A DNA stretch of 64,000 nucleotides from contig NW_021832274.1 of assembly GCF_006345805.1 (NCBI RefSeq), forward strand, positions 9,908 to 73,907, in the 5' to 3' direction. The position numbers and the translations under genes are program-made. Each line of letters starts with the position of its first letter. The first letter of the stretch is position 1. The DNA is from Octopus sinensis. Lineage: Eukaryota. Positions 28,871-44,795 of this stretch are shown here, in pieces. The notes below the pieces were generated by a model. That model was not told the DNA's origin and searched no databases. It was given only the letters and a program-made list of their open reading frames with translations.

Positions 28871-28871
<1 letters not shown>
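28289..28871 (-). mobile_element. Two tandem copies of family C repeat (348-bp period) separated by (ATT)n
   Basis: 28289-28522 and 28637-28871 appear identical by eye. Confidence 0.9.
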
Positions 28872-28947
<76 letters not shown>

Positions 28948-29394
28948 AAACTGTTAATTTATATGTCGGGCTCAGTGAAGGGGCCATGCGCAAATAAAAA
29001 AGCTAAAAATGTTGGTTATGGTTTAAACTACTGTATATGTAGCATTGATCTTTCCTTCTTACTGGTATATTTATGCCACTACTGAAAGTATGCTTTGGAA
29101 GAGGTGCTGTTTGCCCTGCAATTTAGAAATTATATGTACATATATAATTAACATGTGCAATATATGGAACGTCAATGTACTCAGTAGAAATAAATATATG
29201 GTGTAGAAAAATATAATAGTAGATACTTACAAATATGTTCTGGTTTGCACGGGAGACAACTTTAGGCATAATTCTGTATTATTCTTATCTTCTCGACAAA
29301 GCGCAATATTTCAGTCTATTTCAGTCTACTTACCGAAATAATTATAAAATATAAAGCAGAAAAAAACTCAAAGTTTTGGGGCAGAGATATATCT

Positions 29395-29822
29395 TTTATA
29401 TTTTACCATTTTCAGTTATTGGACTGTAGCAATGCAGTTACTACAGTTCAATAACTGTATATATGAAATGAACTTGAAAATAAACTGTATATGTAAATAA
29501 AGTTGAAAGGTTTAGTCACGAAAATGGACCCTAGTACTTATTTCCAAGTTTATTACCTACTGTATCGTTCTCTTGTGCCAACTCGCTAAGTTATGGGGGC
29601 ATAAACAGACCAACACGGTTTCCAGTGTTGGCGTGGCAAACACAGACACAAAGAGACACACAAACTCATGTATATATATATATTTATAAACGACGAGCTC
29701 CCACACAGTTTTTCGTCAGTCAAATCCATTTACAAATCCTTATAGAAGACGCCCACGGTTACGTGTAGTGGAACTGAACCCCAAAGCACGTCATTTCGAT
29801 ACAAGCTTCTTAACCTAACAAC
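29395..29822 (-). mobile_element. Degenerate SINE family A
   Basis: CGCTAAGTTATGGGG, CAAACACAGACAC, GTAGTGGAACTGAACCC collinear with minus-strand family A. Confidence 0.65.
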
Positions 29823-29943
29823 TATTGACGAAGATAAAAGACTCTAAGAGACAGTAAGTATCAATTATCAATGAATAACTAATGCTCACATCTCTTTAAT
29901 TGTTACTGTATATAAAAACCTTAATGAAAAGAGGACTCTTTAG

Positions 29944-30728
29944 TACCTATTTCTTTACTACCCACAAAGGGCTAAACACAGAGATGACAAACAAGGACAG
30001 ACAAACGGGTTAAGTCAATTATATCAACCCCAGTGCGTAAATGGTACTTATTTAATCGACCCCGAAAGGATGAAAGGCAAAATCGACCTCGGCGGAATTT
30101 GAACCCAGAATGTAACGGCAGACGAAATACCTACTTCTTTACTGCCCACAAGGGGCTAAACATAGAGGGGACAAACAAGGACAGACGAACGGATTAAGTC
30201 GATTACATCGACCCCTGTGCGTATCTGGTGCTTATTTATCGACCCCGAAAGAATGAAAGGCAAAGTCGACCTCGGCGGAATTTGAACTCAGAACGTAACG
30301 GCAGACGAAATACTTATTTCTTTACTACCCACAACGGGCTAAACACAGAGAGGACAAACAAGGACAGTCAAACGGATTAAGTCGATTACACCGACCCCAG
30401 TGCGTAAATGGTACTTATTTAATCGACCCCGAAAGGATGAAAGGCAAATCGACCTCGGTGGAATTTGAACTCAGAACGTAACGGCAGACGAAATACTTAT
30501 TTCTTTACTACCCACAGGCTAAGCATAGAAGGGACAAACAAGGACAGACGAACGTATGAAGTCGATTACATCGACCCCCAGTGCGTAACTGGAGCTTAAT
30601 TTATCGACCCCGAAAGGATTAAAGGCAAAGTCGACCTCGGCGGAATTTGAATTTAGAACGCAGATTGGACGAAATACCGCAAAGCATTTCGTCCGGCGTG
30701 CTAACGTTTCTGCCATCTCGCCACCTTA
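29944..30728 (-). mobile_element. SINE family B concatemer: one tRNA-like head plus four ~184-bp bodies, 11-bp TSD
   Basis: Units start at 29944, 30128, 30311, 30494; TCTTTAGTACC at 29937-29947 and 30729-30739; body contains GTCGACTTTGCCTTTCATCCTTTCGGGGTCGATAAA, resembling the Meta/MESC SINE domain (recalled, not searched). Confidence 0.9.
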
Positions 30729-31344
30729 TCTTTAGTACCGTCTAAAGAACATAGGAATACTGGAAAGTTTCTTTGAATTCCACTCAGTGTATACTATGGC
30801 TTACTATGAATAAATAAATCTTACGAGCTCCAGTGCATCGCTTCTTCAGGGAGAGGGTGATATTATGTTATTAAGAAGGCACACGGTTTAGTGCTTCGAA
30901 ATATAAGAAGCAGGTTTAAATTTAGCAAGGAAACAATAAACCTGTGCGTTCGTACTATTTTAGAAGCAGGTGATTCAATTATTACAAACGGCTCTGTCCC
31001 TTCTCGTACTCAGACCTGACAATGGTTGGTCATTAGTAGGTTGACTGGTTTAATTTCGGTTGCAATTCGCCATTAATATTCCTGATCGCCAAATCTCTTG
31101 AAGAAAACTTCACTTTAACTGTGCATTAATATTCTTAGCACTTGTGATGAGAGGTTGCCGTAGTGAATAAATTTTGCCAATTTGCAGATCTAAACAAATA
31201 ATGATGCGCACATACATACAAATAGATACATATATACGTAAATACATATCTGTCTGTCTATAACCAAGTCTCGTTCTCTCACTCTTATTATACATATATA
31301 CATACATACGTACGTATGTAAGTATGTATGTATCTGTGCATGAA

Positions 31345-31413
<69 letters not shown>

Positions 31414-31513
31414 ACACACACACACACATACACACACACATGCATACATACACACACACACACTCAGACAGACAGACACACACACACAAACACACACACA
31501 CACACTCACATAT

Positions 31514-31547
<34 letters not shown>

Positions 31548-32029
31548 AAACATCACCAACTCTCTTCAAGATATTTTCACTTTAACAAGGCATCAATACT
31601 CTTAGCAGTTGTGCTTTATTTACGTTCAAGTAATAATAAAAGCCATTTTAATCTGAATGGTTACTTTATACTTTTGTAGAGGACAAATTTATTATTCTTA
31701 AGCAAGAATGTCATTGATAGTGACTTCGAAGTTTTGACTTAGCTGGCCGAAACTTTGAAGTCATTGCTCGACTGTCTGCATATGCAAAAACAAACACACA
31801 TACACACGCACACATACTCACACGCGCACACACATAGACGCGCACGCACACACACAGATTTACTATTCCACATACCATTATACATATATTGGTATGTATG
31901 AGTGTGTTTGTGCCGATGTATAAATTTTCCCGAATATGAAAACGCTCTCTAGCGCGCACACATACATAAATACATGCATGTATACATATATATATTTAAA
32001 TCTTTAAATGTTTTCAGTTTCAAAGCTGT

Positions 32030-32371
32030 GGTCATCACCGTTGGCTGCGCTACACCATGATATGAAACATCCTCTGATATGTGGCATCTGGTGAATAAGG
32101 GAGTTTGATATCGCTACCCTCATCTGTGTTTCGTGCCGTAAGGTAGGCTCATCAGGGACCGTTGGCAGGAAGAGATCCAGTCTTGTTTTGAAGACATCTA
32201 CATCTACACCATGCAGGCCTCTCAGGCCTTTTGGAAGGATATTGAAAAGCTGTAGGCTCTTGAAACCCCAGCTGTTGCAGTATCTGATCCTATATTTTGA
32301 GTGACGCCGGAATCTTTGGTACTATGCAGCGGATGCAGTGTCGCCCTGTTCTTTCTGTTGGTATATCTTTC
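32030..32371 (-). mobile_element. 3' end of CR1/L2-like LINE ORF2
   Basis: Minus strand RTGRHC..IVPKIP..YCNSWGFKSLQLFNILPKGLRGLHGVDVDVFKTRLDLFLPTVPDEP. Confidence 0.75.
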
Positions 32372-33271
32372 AATGCCAAAGGACACATGAATTTATTCAG
32401 GAAGTTAAGCAATCCAGGAAAATCAATGAGGTCGTGTGTCAGAAAACGACAATCAGAAATGTTGTGCATGAAGACATCAGATACAAATCTTATGTGATGA
32501 GGAGAGGTCAATTCATGTCAGATACAAGAAACAAAATAAAACCGTTTAATGAGAGCCAAAAGACGCTTGAACAAACTTAAAAATCCATCATAAGATGGTG
32601 TAATTTGTTTTTTCTCAGATGAAAAACCTTTGACCAGGACCAGAAAACTAACAGAAGAAATGGGAGATGACTATGTGCAGAACCTTCTGAGATTCCGAGA
32701 ATAATGCACACAAAATTTCTTGCAAGTCTCATGGTTTTTGGTGTTGTTAGCAATGAAGGTCATGTGATGCCTCCTCACATTTTCTTCACAAAGCTTTACG
32801 GTGAATGTTGCTGCGTATATTGATGTCCTGGATAAAGTTGTTAAGCCTTTGACCAACGGTGTCTGCAATGGAAAGCGTTACACCTTTCAACAAGATTCTG
32901 CACCATCACACAAGGCTGAAAAGATACAAGAATGGATGGCCGACAATTTGCATGATCACATCACCCCAAAAATTTGGCCTTCTAATTCTCCAGATCTCAA
33001 TATACTGGACAACTATGTATGGAGCATGTTTGAGAAAAATGTTAATGAACACGCCCTTAGCACCAAAGGTTCTTTGAAAACTGCTATAGTTCGAGTCATG
33101 TCCGATATGAACAAGGACCACTTAATCGAGCTTGCAGTTATTGATGCTTATAGTGGTTTTATTTAATGTTTATGTTAAATTGATAATTTATAAAAATACA
33201 GTTTTTTCTGTTATCAAATAAGCGTTTTTTTTTAAACCATAAAACTGTCCTCAAATACCGTCCGCACGCTG
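32372..33271 (+). mobile_element. Decayed, 5'-truncated Tc1/mariner transposon, DD37D (maT-type) transposase pseudogene
   Basis: FFSDEK..FQQDSAPSH..WPSNSPDLNILD with 37 residues between 2nd and 3rd Asp; stops and frameshifts; right end ..CCGCACGCTG|TA. Confidence 0.9.
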
Positions 33272-34205
33272 TATATAACAAATTAAATCGATGGCTTATT
33301 TGCAATTTGAACCTATAGAAATAGAGTGCTTTGTGACTTTCGAGTAATTTTAACTCTTGTTTCTAGCAATATCTGGTGCTCACCAGTACTCTCCGTAACT
33401 TTTATGACCTCCCTCTCTCTCTTTTTCCCTCTTTCTCTCTCTTTCTCTATAAATGTGTATGTACATATATATATGCATTTATATATATATATATATATAT
33501 ACATATATATGTGTATGTATATATATATATACATATACATATGTATACATACATATATATATATTAATATATATATATATATACATATGTATACATACAT
33601 ATATATTCATTTATATGTATATACATATATACATATACATATGTATACATACATATATATTCATTTATATATTATTGTATATACATGTGTGTATATATAA
33701 ATATATAAGTGTATGATATTAGTATGTCTTATGTATGTGTGTGTTAACGATCACCAAATTTTATAGGTTTTAAAGATGGCGTTTAAGATAAAATGTTCGT
33801 TGCTTTATACTTTACAAACAAAATACAAAAGCCGTGTCTACGATAAAGAATTACGAATTAGATTTCCGATATCTCTGAGGAGCAATTTCAAAATAGGTGG
33901 TTATAGTTCGTGACATCACGCATACACACACACACACACACACACACCCACACACACACACCCACACACACACACACATACATAATACATACAAACATAC
34001 ATACATGCATAGATACATACCTATATAAATATGTGTTTATGTGTGCGTGCGTGTGTATGTATGTGTGCCTGTGTACATACATACATACATACATACATAT
34101 ATACATAGTACATGCATATATAAATATGTATGTGTGCGTGTGTAGGTCTGTGTGTCTCTGTACATACATTACATACATACATACATACATATATACATAC
34201 GTACA

Positions 34206-34248
<43 letters not shown>

Positions 34249-34250
34249 AC

Positions 34251-34281
<31 letters not shown>

Positions 34282-35269
34282 GGTCAGTGTTTCTGTGTAG
34301 ATACATACGTATAAGTTCTTGTAAATCAAGTGATTTAATTAAAAATTAATCACCTAAACTTAATCTACTTGTTCAGTGGAAGTTATGTCTTACCTTTTTA
34401 TTGCAATGAAGAGACATATTTATGTGTCGTATTCCCCATCAACAAAATATTATCCACTCAAGCCAGAGTACTTTTTTTCCATTCTCTTCTTTTTTCTACA
34501 ACCAAAGATCAAGTTTTTCCCACAATGATGCAAATTAACTTTGATTAACTTTAAAATTTGTTTCTTAACTTCTGGAAAATATATTTACTTTTAATCTACA
34601 ATTACGTCTTTTTTAGTTCGTTTGCTTTCTTTCTTTACATAAGTTATAATTTTCAATTAATTTAGAATGTCTTGTGTACCCCATTCTGTATATAACCATT
34701 TAGTCTTTAAGTGCAAATTTGTACCATTGTCTAAGTCGTTTCATTTCCTTTAGCTCATTTCATCTATTAATTATGTAAATCATATTTACTATAAATTCTA
34801 GGCAACTAATTTACCTGTAAATGATCAAACAAGCTGTAAACTATATACTCTGCTGACTTTTCCAATAGGTTGTTGCATCTCCAATGTAATCCGTTGATTG
34901 CAAACAAAAAGTAAGACTTTCTTGCAGGTAGAGAAATTAGCCACAAGCCATTAAGTTATAATTTCTTAAAACAATTTTATTATTATTATTAAAGCTATTA
35001 AAATTTACCCCTAAGTCTGCGTTTTCTCTCACCAAATATGATGTATATTTTAGATTGATGTGCTATTCTGTTAATTGTGGCTTATTGTATTGATTTCATC
35101 ACGTCTTTACTTGCTAAACGCTCCTTTTCATAACTTCTGAGAATTTTTACCTTTTCAGTGAGGTCGATATAACTTGTCTGCTGGCAAATATACCTTGGGA
35201 TAAATATATCAGAACATTTAAGCAGCTAACTGGCAGTGTCCTTTGATCATCGAATTAGTTCCGACTATG

Positions 35270-35303
<34 letters not shown>

Positions 35304-35571
35304 AAGCGCTGAGTTCGAATCCCGCTGAGCTGAACTTTGTCTTTAATCTTTCCGATATCAATAAAATAGAACTAATCTAAGGCGGTGGATTGGCTGAACT
35401 TTAACACCGTTACACCAGATACTTTGTGGTATTTGTTGCGTCTCTTTGAGTTCTGATTTCGGATCCCACCATGGCCTACTAAATTGGGAGACCTAGATTA
35501 AGGTTAACACCGCAATCTGATACACCTCGGTCGTCTTTAGCAGAGCGCCTTAGTCGCTGCCTCACCTTCTA

Positions 35572-35652
<81 letters not shown>

Positions 35653-35653
<1 letters not shown>

Positions 35654-35866
35654 CAACAAGGATATACAGAGGTATGCAGTACGTTAGTTTCATGCAACTC
35701 CATTTAATTTAAATGCATTGCTCAATTAAATGGAGTTGCATGAAACTGCATTGCCTCTGAATATCCTTGTTGCATATTTTGATTTTAATCACCTTACTTT
35801 GAAATTGTATGGATAATACCGTACTAAATTCTGGTGCCTCAACTTAAGTACCATATTCATCTGAAT
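35653..35866. mobile_element. Fold-back element in (TA)n, probable inverted Penelope-like pseudo-LTR remnant
   Basis: Arms 35653-35709 and 35724-35773; minus strand reads GAAAC-TAAC-GTA (hammerhead 3' half). Confidence 0.65.
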
Positions 35867-35897
35867 CTCTCTCTCTCTCTCTCCTCCTCTCTCTCTC

Positions 35898-35943
<46 letters not shown>

Positions 35944-38462
35944 TATACTACTTTCCTACCATATGTGACTTGATGGACATTCGACCAGCCACATTTGTAA
36001 TTACAAAACATAAAATATATTGTTCTTGAGTTTTAGTCTTTGCTGTATGTTTAAGAGGCTTATTTTGCAATAACGTGGTTTCGAGTTTAGTGACACTGTG
36101 CATTGCCAGGAACAAATATTCTTTACTATAGTCCCAACTGGCTCCCTTCGAATTTATGCAATTTCATTACTCTATATAGCTTGTAGTGAATGGGCTTCGG
36201 TGAAATGTGAAACCCGAAGCAAATTAGTCCAGTGTTTCTTATAATGAGATAGGGGATGGTGTTGATGATTGCAAAGGGATCGGACAACCGGCCATATTTA
36301 ATATATTTAAAATGCTTTTAAATTTTTAAAGGGATCAAAAGTTATGGTGCAGAAAAAATGATTATATGGAGGCGAATTCTATTCTGTTTCCTCATAAATA
36401 AAAACCAAAGAAACGTTATCCACCAGAAAGAAAATAATACCCACCCTCCAAAAAAAAATATCAAAACAAATTAAAACAAAAGACTATTTTTGGTCTGGGA
36501 CTGGCTATTGTCAATTTAGGAACCACTGAAATTAGTTTAAGACATTTGTTCCAGTATCTACATATAACCATTTGATAAAAAGATTTAACTTCCTCTAACT
36601 AGATTTGACCGAAATACATCTATACTGTTGTTTTGCATCTATTTTTTAATTCTGATCTTAATTTCGTATGAGTGATAGGTTGGTCTTTTATTTTTAGATA
36701 AACCAACTCTGTACAATGTAAACAAGAGACAAATATATCGTTAATATAATTTCATGACAATAATTTGTTGTTGTATCGAATATTTGACAGCGCACTTATT
36801 TGATTACTCCAACGAATATAGCGGAGCAGATTCGTAGTCGGAGTATCTGAAACGTTCCGAAATAGTATGAACGTTGCTTATATGAGATTAAACATGCCGA
36901 GCATAATTTACGCGGGAAAATTAAATAAAGAAATGAAATATAAACAAAACAAAATTCCTGATTTGTTGAATACCTTTTAAATCATTATATTGTAATTTGC
37001 GGAACTTTTAGTCAGCAGAAATAAATTAGATTAATGGGTAAGCCTTTAGAATCGTCCAATAGCATATGTGTATATATATACATACCTACATACACACATG
37101 CATACATACATATATGTATATATAAACGTCCAATAGCATATGTATATATATGTGTATGTATGTATGAATGTATGTATGTATGTATGTATGTATGTATGTA
37201 TGTATGTATGTATGTATGTATATATGTATGTATAGACAGATACATATATATAGTTACATATATATATACATATATATATATACAATCATACATACATATA
37301 CATGTGTGTGTGCTATTGCATGTCTATATATATATATATATACACACACAAGCGCGCACGCATAAATACAAAAATATACTCATCCATACTTATACCCATG
37401 TGTGTGTGCATGCACTTAGATATGAACGCATATGTATATCGGCTTCCGTTTGTGCCAAGAATCTGATTGATGTGCTATTCTGTTAGAGCGGGAGTATGCT
37501 TTACTAACAAGGACGATGATGATGATGATGACGATGATGATGATGATGATGATGATGATGACGTTTGTGTACCTTTTTAATTGCTGTGTCTAAAACCAAT
37601 TAGGCGGCTTTATAAACAGATTACAATAAAATTCTTACTGGACTGAAAATAGGTTTTCCGGTTGATACGATTGACTAAGCATTTGAAGATTTTTGCCCCA
37701 GAATGGTCGTACTGCAATGACTGATGCCTCAAAATAAAATAAATAAATAAATAAATAAATAAATAGATACATAAATGAAAAAGGAACTCGCGTGGCTGAT
37801 GTAATTCCTGATGATAAACACGAGACATCTCCTACACACCGAAGTTTCTCTTATGAGCGAGAACATTGAGGTGCTTTACAATAAGGTATTGACTGGTTTG
37901 AAACAGCATACTAGATTTGCAATGACTAGACAACAAAATGTTTGTTATGAGGTCGTAGACCTGTCTTAGTTTTACTCTGAAGTTGAGTTCATACAGCTTG
38001 TGACATGATCAATATGATCCACTTTTTTTCTAAGCATTGCAAAGCAAAATGTAACACAGCTACGTTGAAATGCACGATCTATATACTTACTTTCGTGTCG
38101 ATTTCCGCTCTATATATGTGATGTAGCTTGTAACTAAATAGAAAACGTGAGAACTTAGCAAATCAATTTCCTTTAAGAACATAAGCAGTTTCTCTTTGAG
38201 ATTATCTTCCACAACGTAAGTCAATTGGTACGTGAAACATATTAGGAAGATCTGTAATGCCGACATATATAAATACAGGTATAAGCCTGCTCCTGTAGTC
38301 ACAGTTTTATGAAAGTGCATGGCAAAGGTACAATGATTTCAGTTTTTACTTGCCAGTTCAGGTGTCGCGAATGCATAAATACTATCTCTTCCTCCCACAC
38401 ACGCGCACGCGCGCTCATATTTATATATGTGTGTGTGTGAGTGTGTCTGTTTGTGTATGCCC

Positions 38463-38523
<61 letters not shown>

Positions 38524-38535
38524 AGAGAGAGATAG

Positions 38536-38567
<32 letters not shown>

Positions 38568-38624
38568 GATAGATAGATAGATAGATAGATAGTAGATAGA
38601 TAGATAGATAGATAAATAGATAGG

Positions 38625-38715
<91 letters not shown>

Positions 38716-38744
38716 GTTTAAGAGAAGAAACCAACGACAAGCAA

Positions 38745-38906
38745 CTCAATCAACATTGAACGACATTATCTGCCAGAAATATATAAGATTAAAAAATTAT
38801 CTACTTAATACCTACAATTACTATTCTGAATCAAATACATTATATGTATATGATATTTAATCTTATATATCTCTCTCATAGATAATGTCATTCAATGTTG
38901 ATTGAG
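38745..38906. repeat. Imperfect ~50-bp inverted repeat between (GATA)n and (TA)n tracts
   Basis: CTCAATCAACATTGAA..ATATATAAGATTAAA (38745-38793) pairs with 38856-38906. Confidence 0.75.
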
Positions 38907-38987
38907 ACGCTAATAGTGGAAAATTCGTATTAGTACCACTAAATTGAATTTCTCTCCCCTGTGGACTCGGAAATAAATTCCCTAATA

Positions 38988-39049
<62 letters not shown>

Positions 39050-39519
39050 GTGTGTGTGTGTTTCTGTGTGTGTTTCTCTGTGTGTGTGTGTGTGTGTGTG
39101 TGTGCTTACGTGGGCATATGCGTATGTATGTATGTATCTATGCATGTATATGTGCAGATTTGTATGTTTTGCTTCATATATGTATTCTCATGCATATAGT
39201 TGCATATCTAGATATGCTAATATATATTTAAATGATAAACTTATGGAAAGTTTTACAAATTTTTACAGTTCCAGGCATGGATTGGATCTGTAGTTTTCGA
39301 ATTAGCTTTCTACTTTCTGGTTTTGAGAAGTCTAATTCCTCACGATTGTTATTTAAGCAGTATGTATATGTGCATGCATTTATATATGTATATATATGTA
39401 TGTATGTATGTATGTATACATACAGTTACCATGTAGGCACTTTAAATAGTTTCATTTTTTTTATAATTAAGATTTAAGCGGTTAATATATGAATACAAAA
39501 GAGATAGTTGAATGACTGT

Positions 39520-39542
39520 AAACCTACTTTTGGGCCACCCTG
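39520..39542. mobile_element. Solo Tc1/mariner-like terminal inverted repeat
   Basis: ACCTACTTTTGGGCCACCCTG followed by TA; reverse complement CAGGGTGGCCCAAAAGTAGGT has the usual Tc1/mariner end shape. Confidence 0.55.
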
Positions 39543-39566
<24 letters not shown>

Positions 39567-39575
<9 letters not shown>

Positions 39576-39880
39576 ATTGGTGAATTGAAGAAATGGAGCT
39601 GAACGCAGATTGAACAGAAATCGTTTTATTTCATTCTACACGTGTTTCGAAACACGTGTAGAATGAAATAAAACGATTTCTGTTCAATCTGCGTTCAGCT
39701 CCATTTCTTCAATTCACCAATAATGTTTTAATTTCAATTATCCGCACCAACGCACGGTTGCAACGCCAGATGGTTGTACCTCCAACCGTGCTGTTTACTG
39801 CTGTGATTTTTGCTACTAAGGTATCGGTTAAACTTTTGATTAATCTACTACAAGATTATTCATCTTTCTATTTCACATAA
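39567..39880 (+). mobile_element. Perfect 164-bp palindrome plus ~150-bp tail in (TA)n; probable Penelope-like remnant
   Basis: 39567-39730 is an exact palindrome centred on TTTC|GAAA; right arm begins GAAAC-ACGT-GTA then AATAAA. Confidence 0.75.
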
Positions 39881-39917
39881 TATATATATATATAATTATA
39901 TATATATATATATATAT

Positions 39918-39968
<51 letters not shown>

Positions 39969-40599
39969 TATATATATATACATATATATATAATGACATT
40001 TTTACATAGAATTTTGTCAAATTTTCTTTTTCCTCCGTTATTCTTTTTAATGGGTCATTCTTATCTTAAACTGTTTTCATTTACTTTTTCACATAAATGC
40101 AAACATTAATATAAATATATTTGTATGTCTATGTTTATATATGGACACACGCATTATATACATACACAAAAAGATATATCTAATACTATATAAGATAGTT
40201 TTGATTCCTTGATATCATCTTCCTTTCCAAAGGTCAAATAACAAAGGGAGATAATATCAAGAATTAAAAAAAAATACATGCCTCTACGGAAAAGGTTTTC
40301 TAATTAACTGGAGATAAAATGCAGCTTATGAAAGCAAATTTCTATGACTCTATGCGTCGTCAGCGCAGTAGTTCGAAGACAAGTTTTAAAGTACGTTCTT
40401 CTAAAGGAAGCTGGATTCTTATTCAATCTAACAGGGGCATCTTACTTAAAAAAAGATAAGAGAAACGAAATGTGTTGCCTCTTACAAGATATTCTGAACA
40501 GTGGTGTAATACAAATATATATACATACATAAATACGCACAGACATATGTACACACACATATACATACATATATATATTTATACATACATACATATATG

Positions 40600-40655
<56 letters not shown>

Positions 40656-40659
<4 letters not shown>

Positions 40660-40880
40660 AATAGTAAAGAGAAGGTTCTTGCTACAGTGTTATAAATATT
40701 TGAAAGAATGAATAGAGATGCGTTTTTGAGGGGATTTTAAAAATTTTAATCTTAATAATGTTTACAGTGAGTTGAAGCGTGAAACTCATATCAGAGTAAC
40801 TCACTGTAAACATTATTATTAAGATTAAAATAAAAAAATTAAACCCTCAAAAAAGGCATCTCTACTCATTCTTTCAAATA
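40656..40880. mobile_element. Fold-back element with hammerhead 3' half in its loop
   Basis: Arms 40697-40773 and 40798-40880; loop contains GAAACTC-ATATCA-GAGTA. Confidence 0.7.
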
Positions 40881-40922
40881 CATACATACATTCATACATA
40901 CATACATACATACATACATACG

Positions 40923-41463
<541 letters not shown>

Positions 41464-44225
41464 CATATATATATATATTATTAAATACACATCCATATAC
41501 AATAGAGATAGATAGATTGACAGACAGATAGATAAACACGATGTCACAATATTGCTGCTTCTCATAAATGCATCGCGAACGTGTTCAGGTATGAATTATC
41601 AGATTCCATGTATTAATGTCACTGATATGTGATCTTTGAACCGTGAATAGAGACAAGCAGACTATGTGGCGTGTAAATCCTGGGCATTAGTCCTTATTGA
41701 TTTTTGAAGCAAGACATTTTGATCAAGTGGCACTTCCATCAAACTATTGCATTCGATAACATTCGTGTAAAAAGGGTTCGATCTTACTCTGATGCCGTGT
41801 CTTGGGATTTTGTTTGTATAGCATTGTAAATTGTCCGAATCAATTCGCTGAAGTGGAATGTTAAATATTCGTTTGTTAGATTTCGAAGAATAATAATAGA
41901 AAGTGTTTTTCATCCACTAGGGTATATAGTCATTTGTATGGATAGAAATATTATTATGGTATATTTATGATTCAGGATGTAGACATAAATACTTGCAAAC
42001 ATTTGAAATCAAAAGCATAAGTAAACATTTAGCAGCAATAACAGGAAAATAATATCTCATCAAAATTCTCAGATGGGATCAAAATAGATTTACTTCCAGT
42101 CGAAAGCTCGAGCTATCGAGATAACACATGAGCGTTAATTCTTCCAATAAAACATACGCATTGTAAAAGTAAACCCAGGGCGTACACAACTTGCGAGTCT
42201 CTGAAAAGGTATGTGAGAGAATGCATAGGAAGCTAACGACATAAGGTAATCGATTGTAAAAATCGCAACAGCGCCCGGTATGTGATATGCATCGATTGTT
42301 CTTTCTGCTCTGCTATCTGAGTTCAACTTTTGCTGGAGGCAAAAAAAAAATACTAGTGAAATACTGTTGTTGTTGTTGTTGTTGTTGTTGTTATTGTTCT
42401 TGTTGTTGTTGTTGTTGTTCTTCTTCTTCTCTTCTTCTTCTTCTTCTTCTTCTTCTTCTTCTTCTTCTTCTTCTTCTTCCCTTACTGTACTTGACGTTGC
42501 GTGTGACCTACTGTCCAGTGCTAAATGCTAAGTTCGTGATGCGAAGTATATTTGACTGTTATTTCTAGTAAGTAATTAAGCTACAAAGCAATCCTATTAG
42601 TACAAGTTCTTCATAAACTATCCCTAAAAGTTAGAAACAGAGCTGACTTGAAGAGTTGAAGATTCTTATAACTTGGAACGAAAGTAAACGAAATATGAAT
42701 CATAATTGATAAATACCTACTTACATATGCACAAAGAATCTTCACTTTGGGCAAGCATTCATGTGTGTGTGTGTGTGCATGGATGTGGGTGTGTGATTTA
42801 TATATATAAATTACACACACACACATACACAAACATGCATACATACACACACACATATATATAATACACACATACACACACACACATGCATACATATATA
42901 CATACGTACATACATACATACATACATACGTACATACATACATACATACATACGTACATACATACATACATAATATATATATGGAAGCAGCCAAGAAACA
43001 TGGCAATGACCGCAAAATGTGGAAAACAAATGTTGAGGCCCTATGCTCCACAAGGGGAAAAAAGGATTAAGGAGAAGAAGAATACATGCATGTATGTGAG
43101 TATGTAAATGTGTGTGTTTCCATGCATGCCTGTTTGTGCGTACAAACGGGAGAAAGATGTACTCAAAACAACGCCTCCAGCAATATGTTATACGGCTCCA
43201 CATAATGATTCCTCCTCTTCCTAATAGTGGTTTTGATCTTAATTTTCAATCTCAAAATCTTTTAATTTATTCAATGTATTTTTATTTTACTGATTTTACT
43301 AGTTAAACTGCGGGCTAGTAGGAGCATCTGCTTCATAGACTTGATCAATTATATCAATTGAAGTTCAAAGCTGTAAGTCTTATAAGTATCCCATCAAAAT
43401 CTACTTGTCGATCTGTTACCTTACTGGTCATAAGGAAAAATATATCGCAAATAAGAATATGGACACTTACACACACACACCTCAATTACGGGTTTCCGTA
43501 CAGTTCCCATTTACCAAATTTCACTTATAAGACATTGGTCGATTCGATGCTATAGAAGAAGATGCTTGTTCAATATTCTAGACAATGGAACCGAATACGA
43601 AATCCCATATTTGCAAAGTGATGTCCTTAACCATACAATCTTACCAATGTCTGTTTGTTTACATGTTTAAACTTTTCAGTACTGTTTACACTAAAATTTG
43701 GTTGTTATTTTTACAATTCATCACATCGTTTCGCTTAATTACTGTCGCTAAATCAAATTAAGATAAATTATCTTGTTGTGTTAGACAGACATTAGTCAAC
43801 ATGAAACTGATAAGTTGTTGACATTTTCTACTAACACATAGATGGACAGTGACCGATTAAATATTTTGTATATCAAATAGAAATTTATTCCGAATTTGGG
43901 AGAAGGAAAAGCCTGAACTTATGGTTTTATTAGTCGTACTAGGTTGTTATTTTTATTTCTGCAAACGTTGACTTACAAAAGTTCAATAATAATGTTGGTT
44001 CATAATTTTAACAAAACGTCAGAAATTCTGTGTGAGAGTGCATGACGATTACATCAACATCAGTACTTTCCTGTTGTATGTATATTCTATCGATCCCAAA
44101 AGGGATGCCAGGCAAAATCGAACTCGGCGGAACTTGAACTCAGAGCATATAGACGGTTGAAATGCCACTAGACATTTTGCAAGGTGTATTAACGATCCTG
44201 CTAGGTCACTGTATTCAGGTTCAAT

Positions 44226-44795
<570 letters not shown>

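Noticed and set aside
29944-30728. Regular ~184-bp repeat as a CRISPR array or hammerhead retrozyme
   Set aside because: No unique spacers; eukaryotic SINE body; I found no CUGANGA core on either strand
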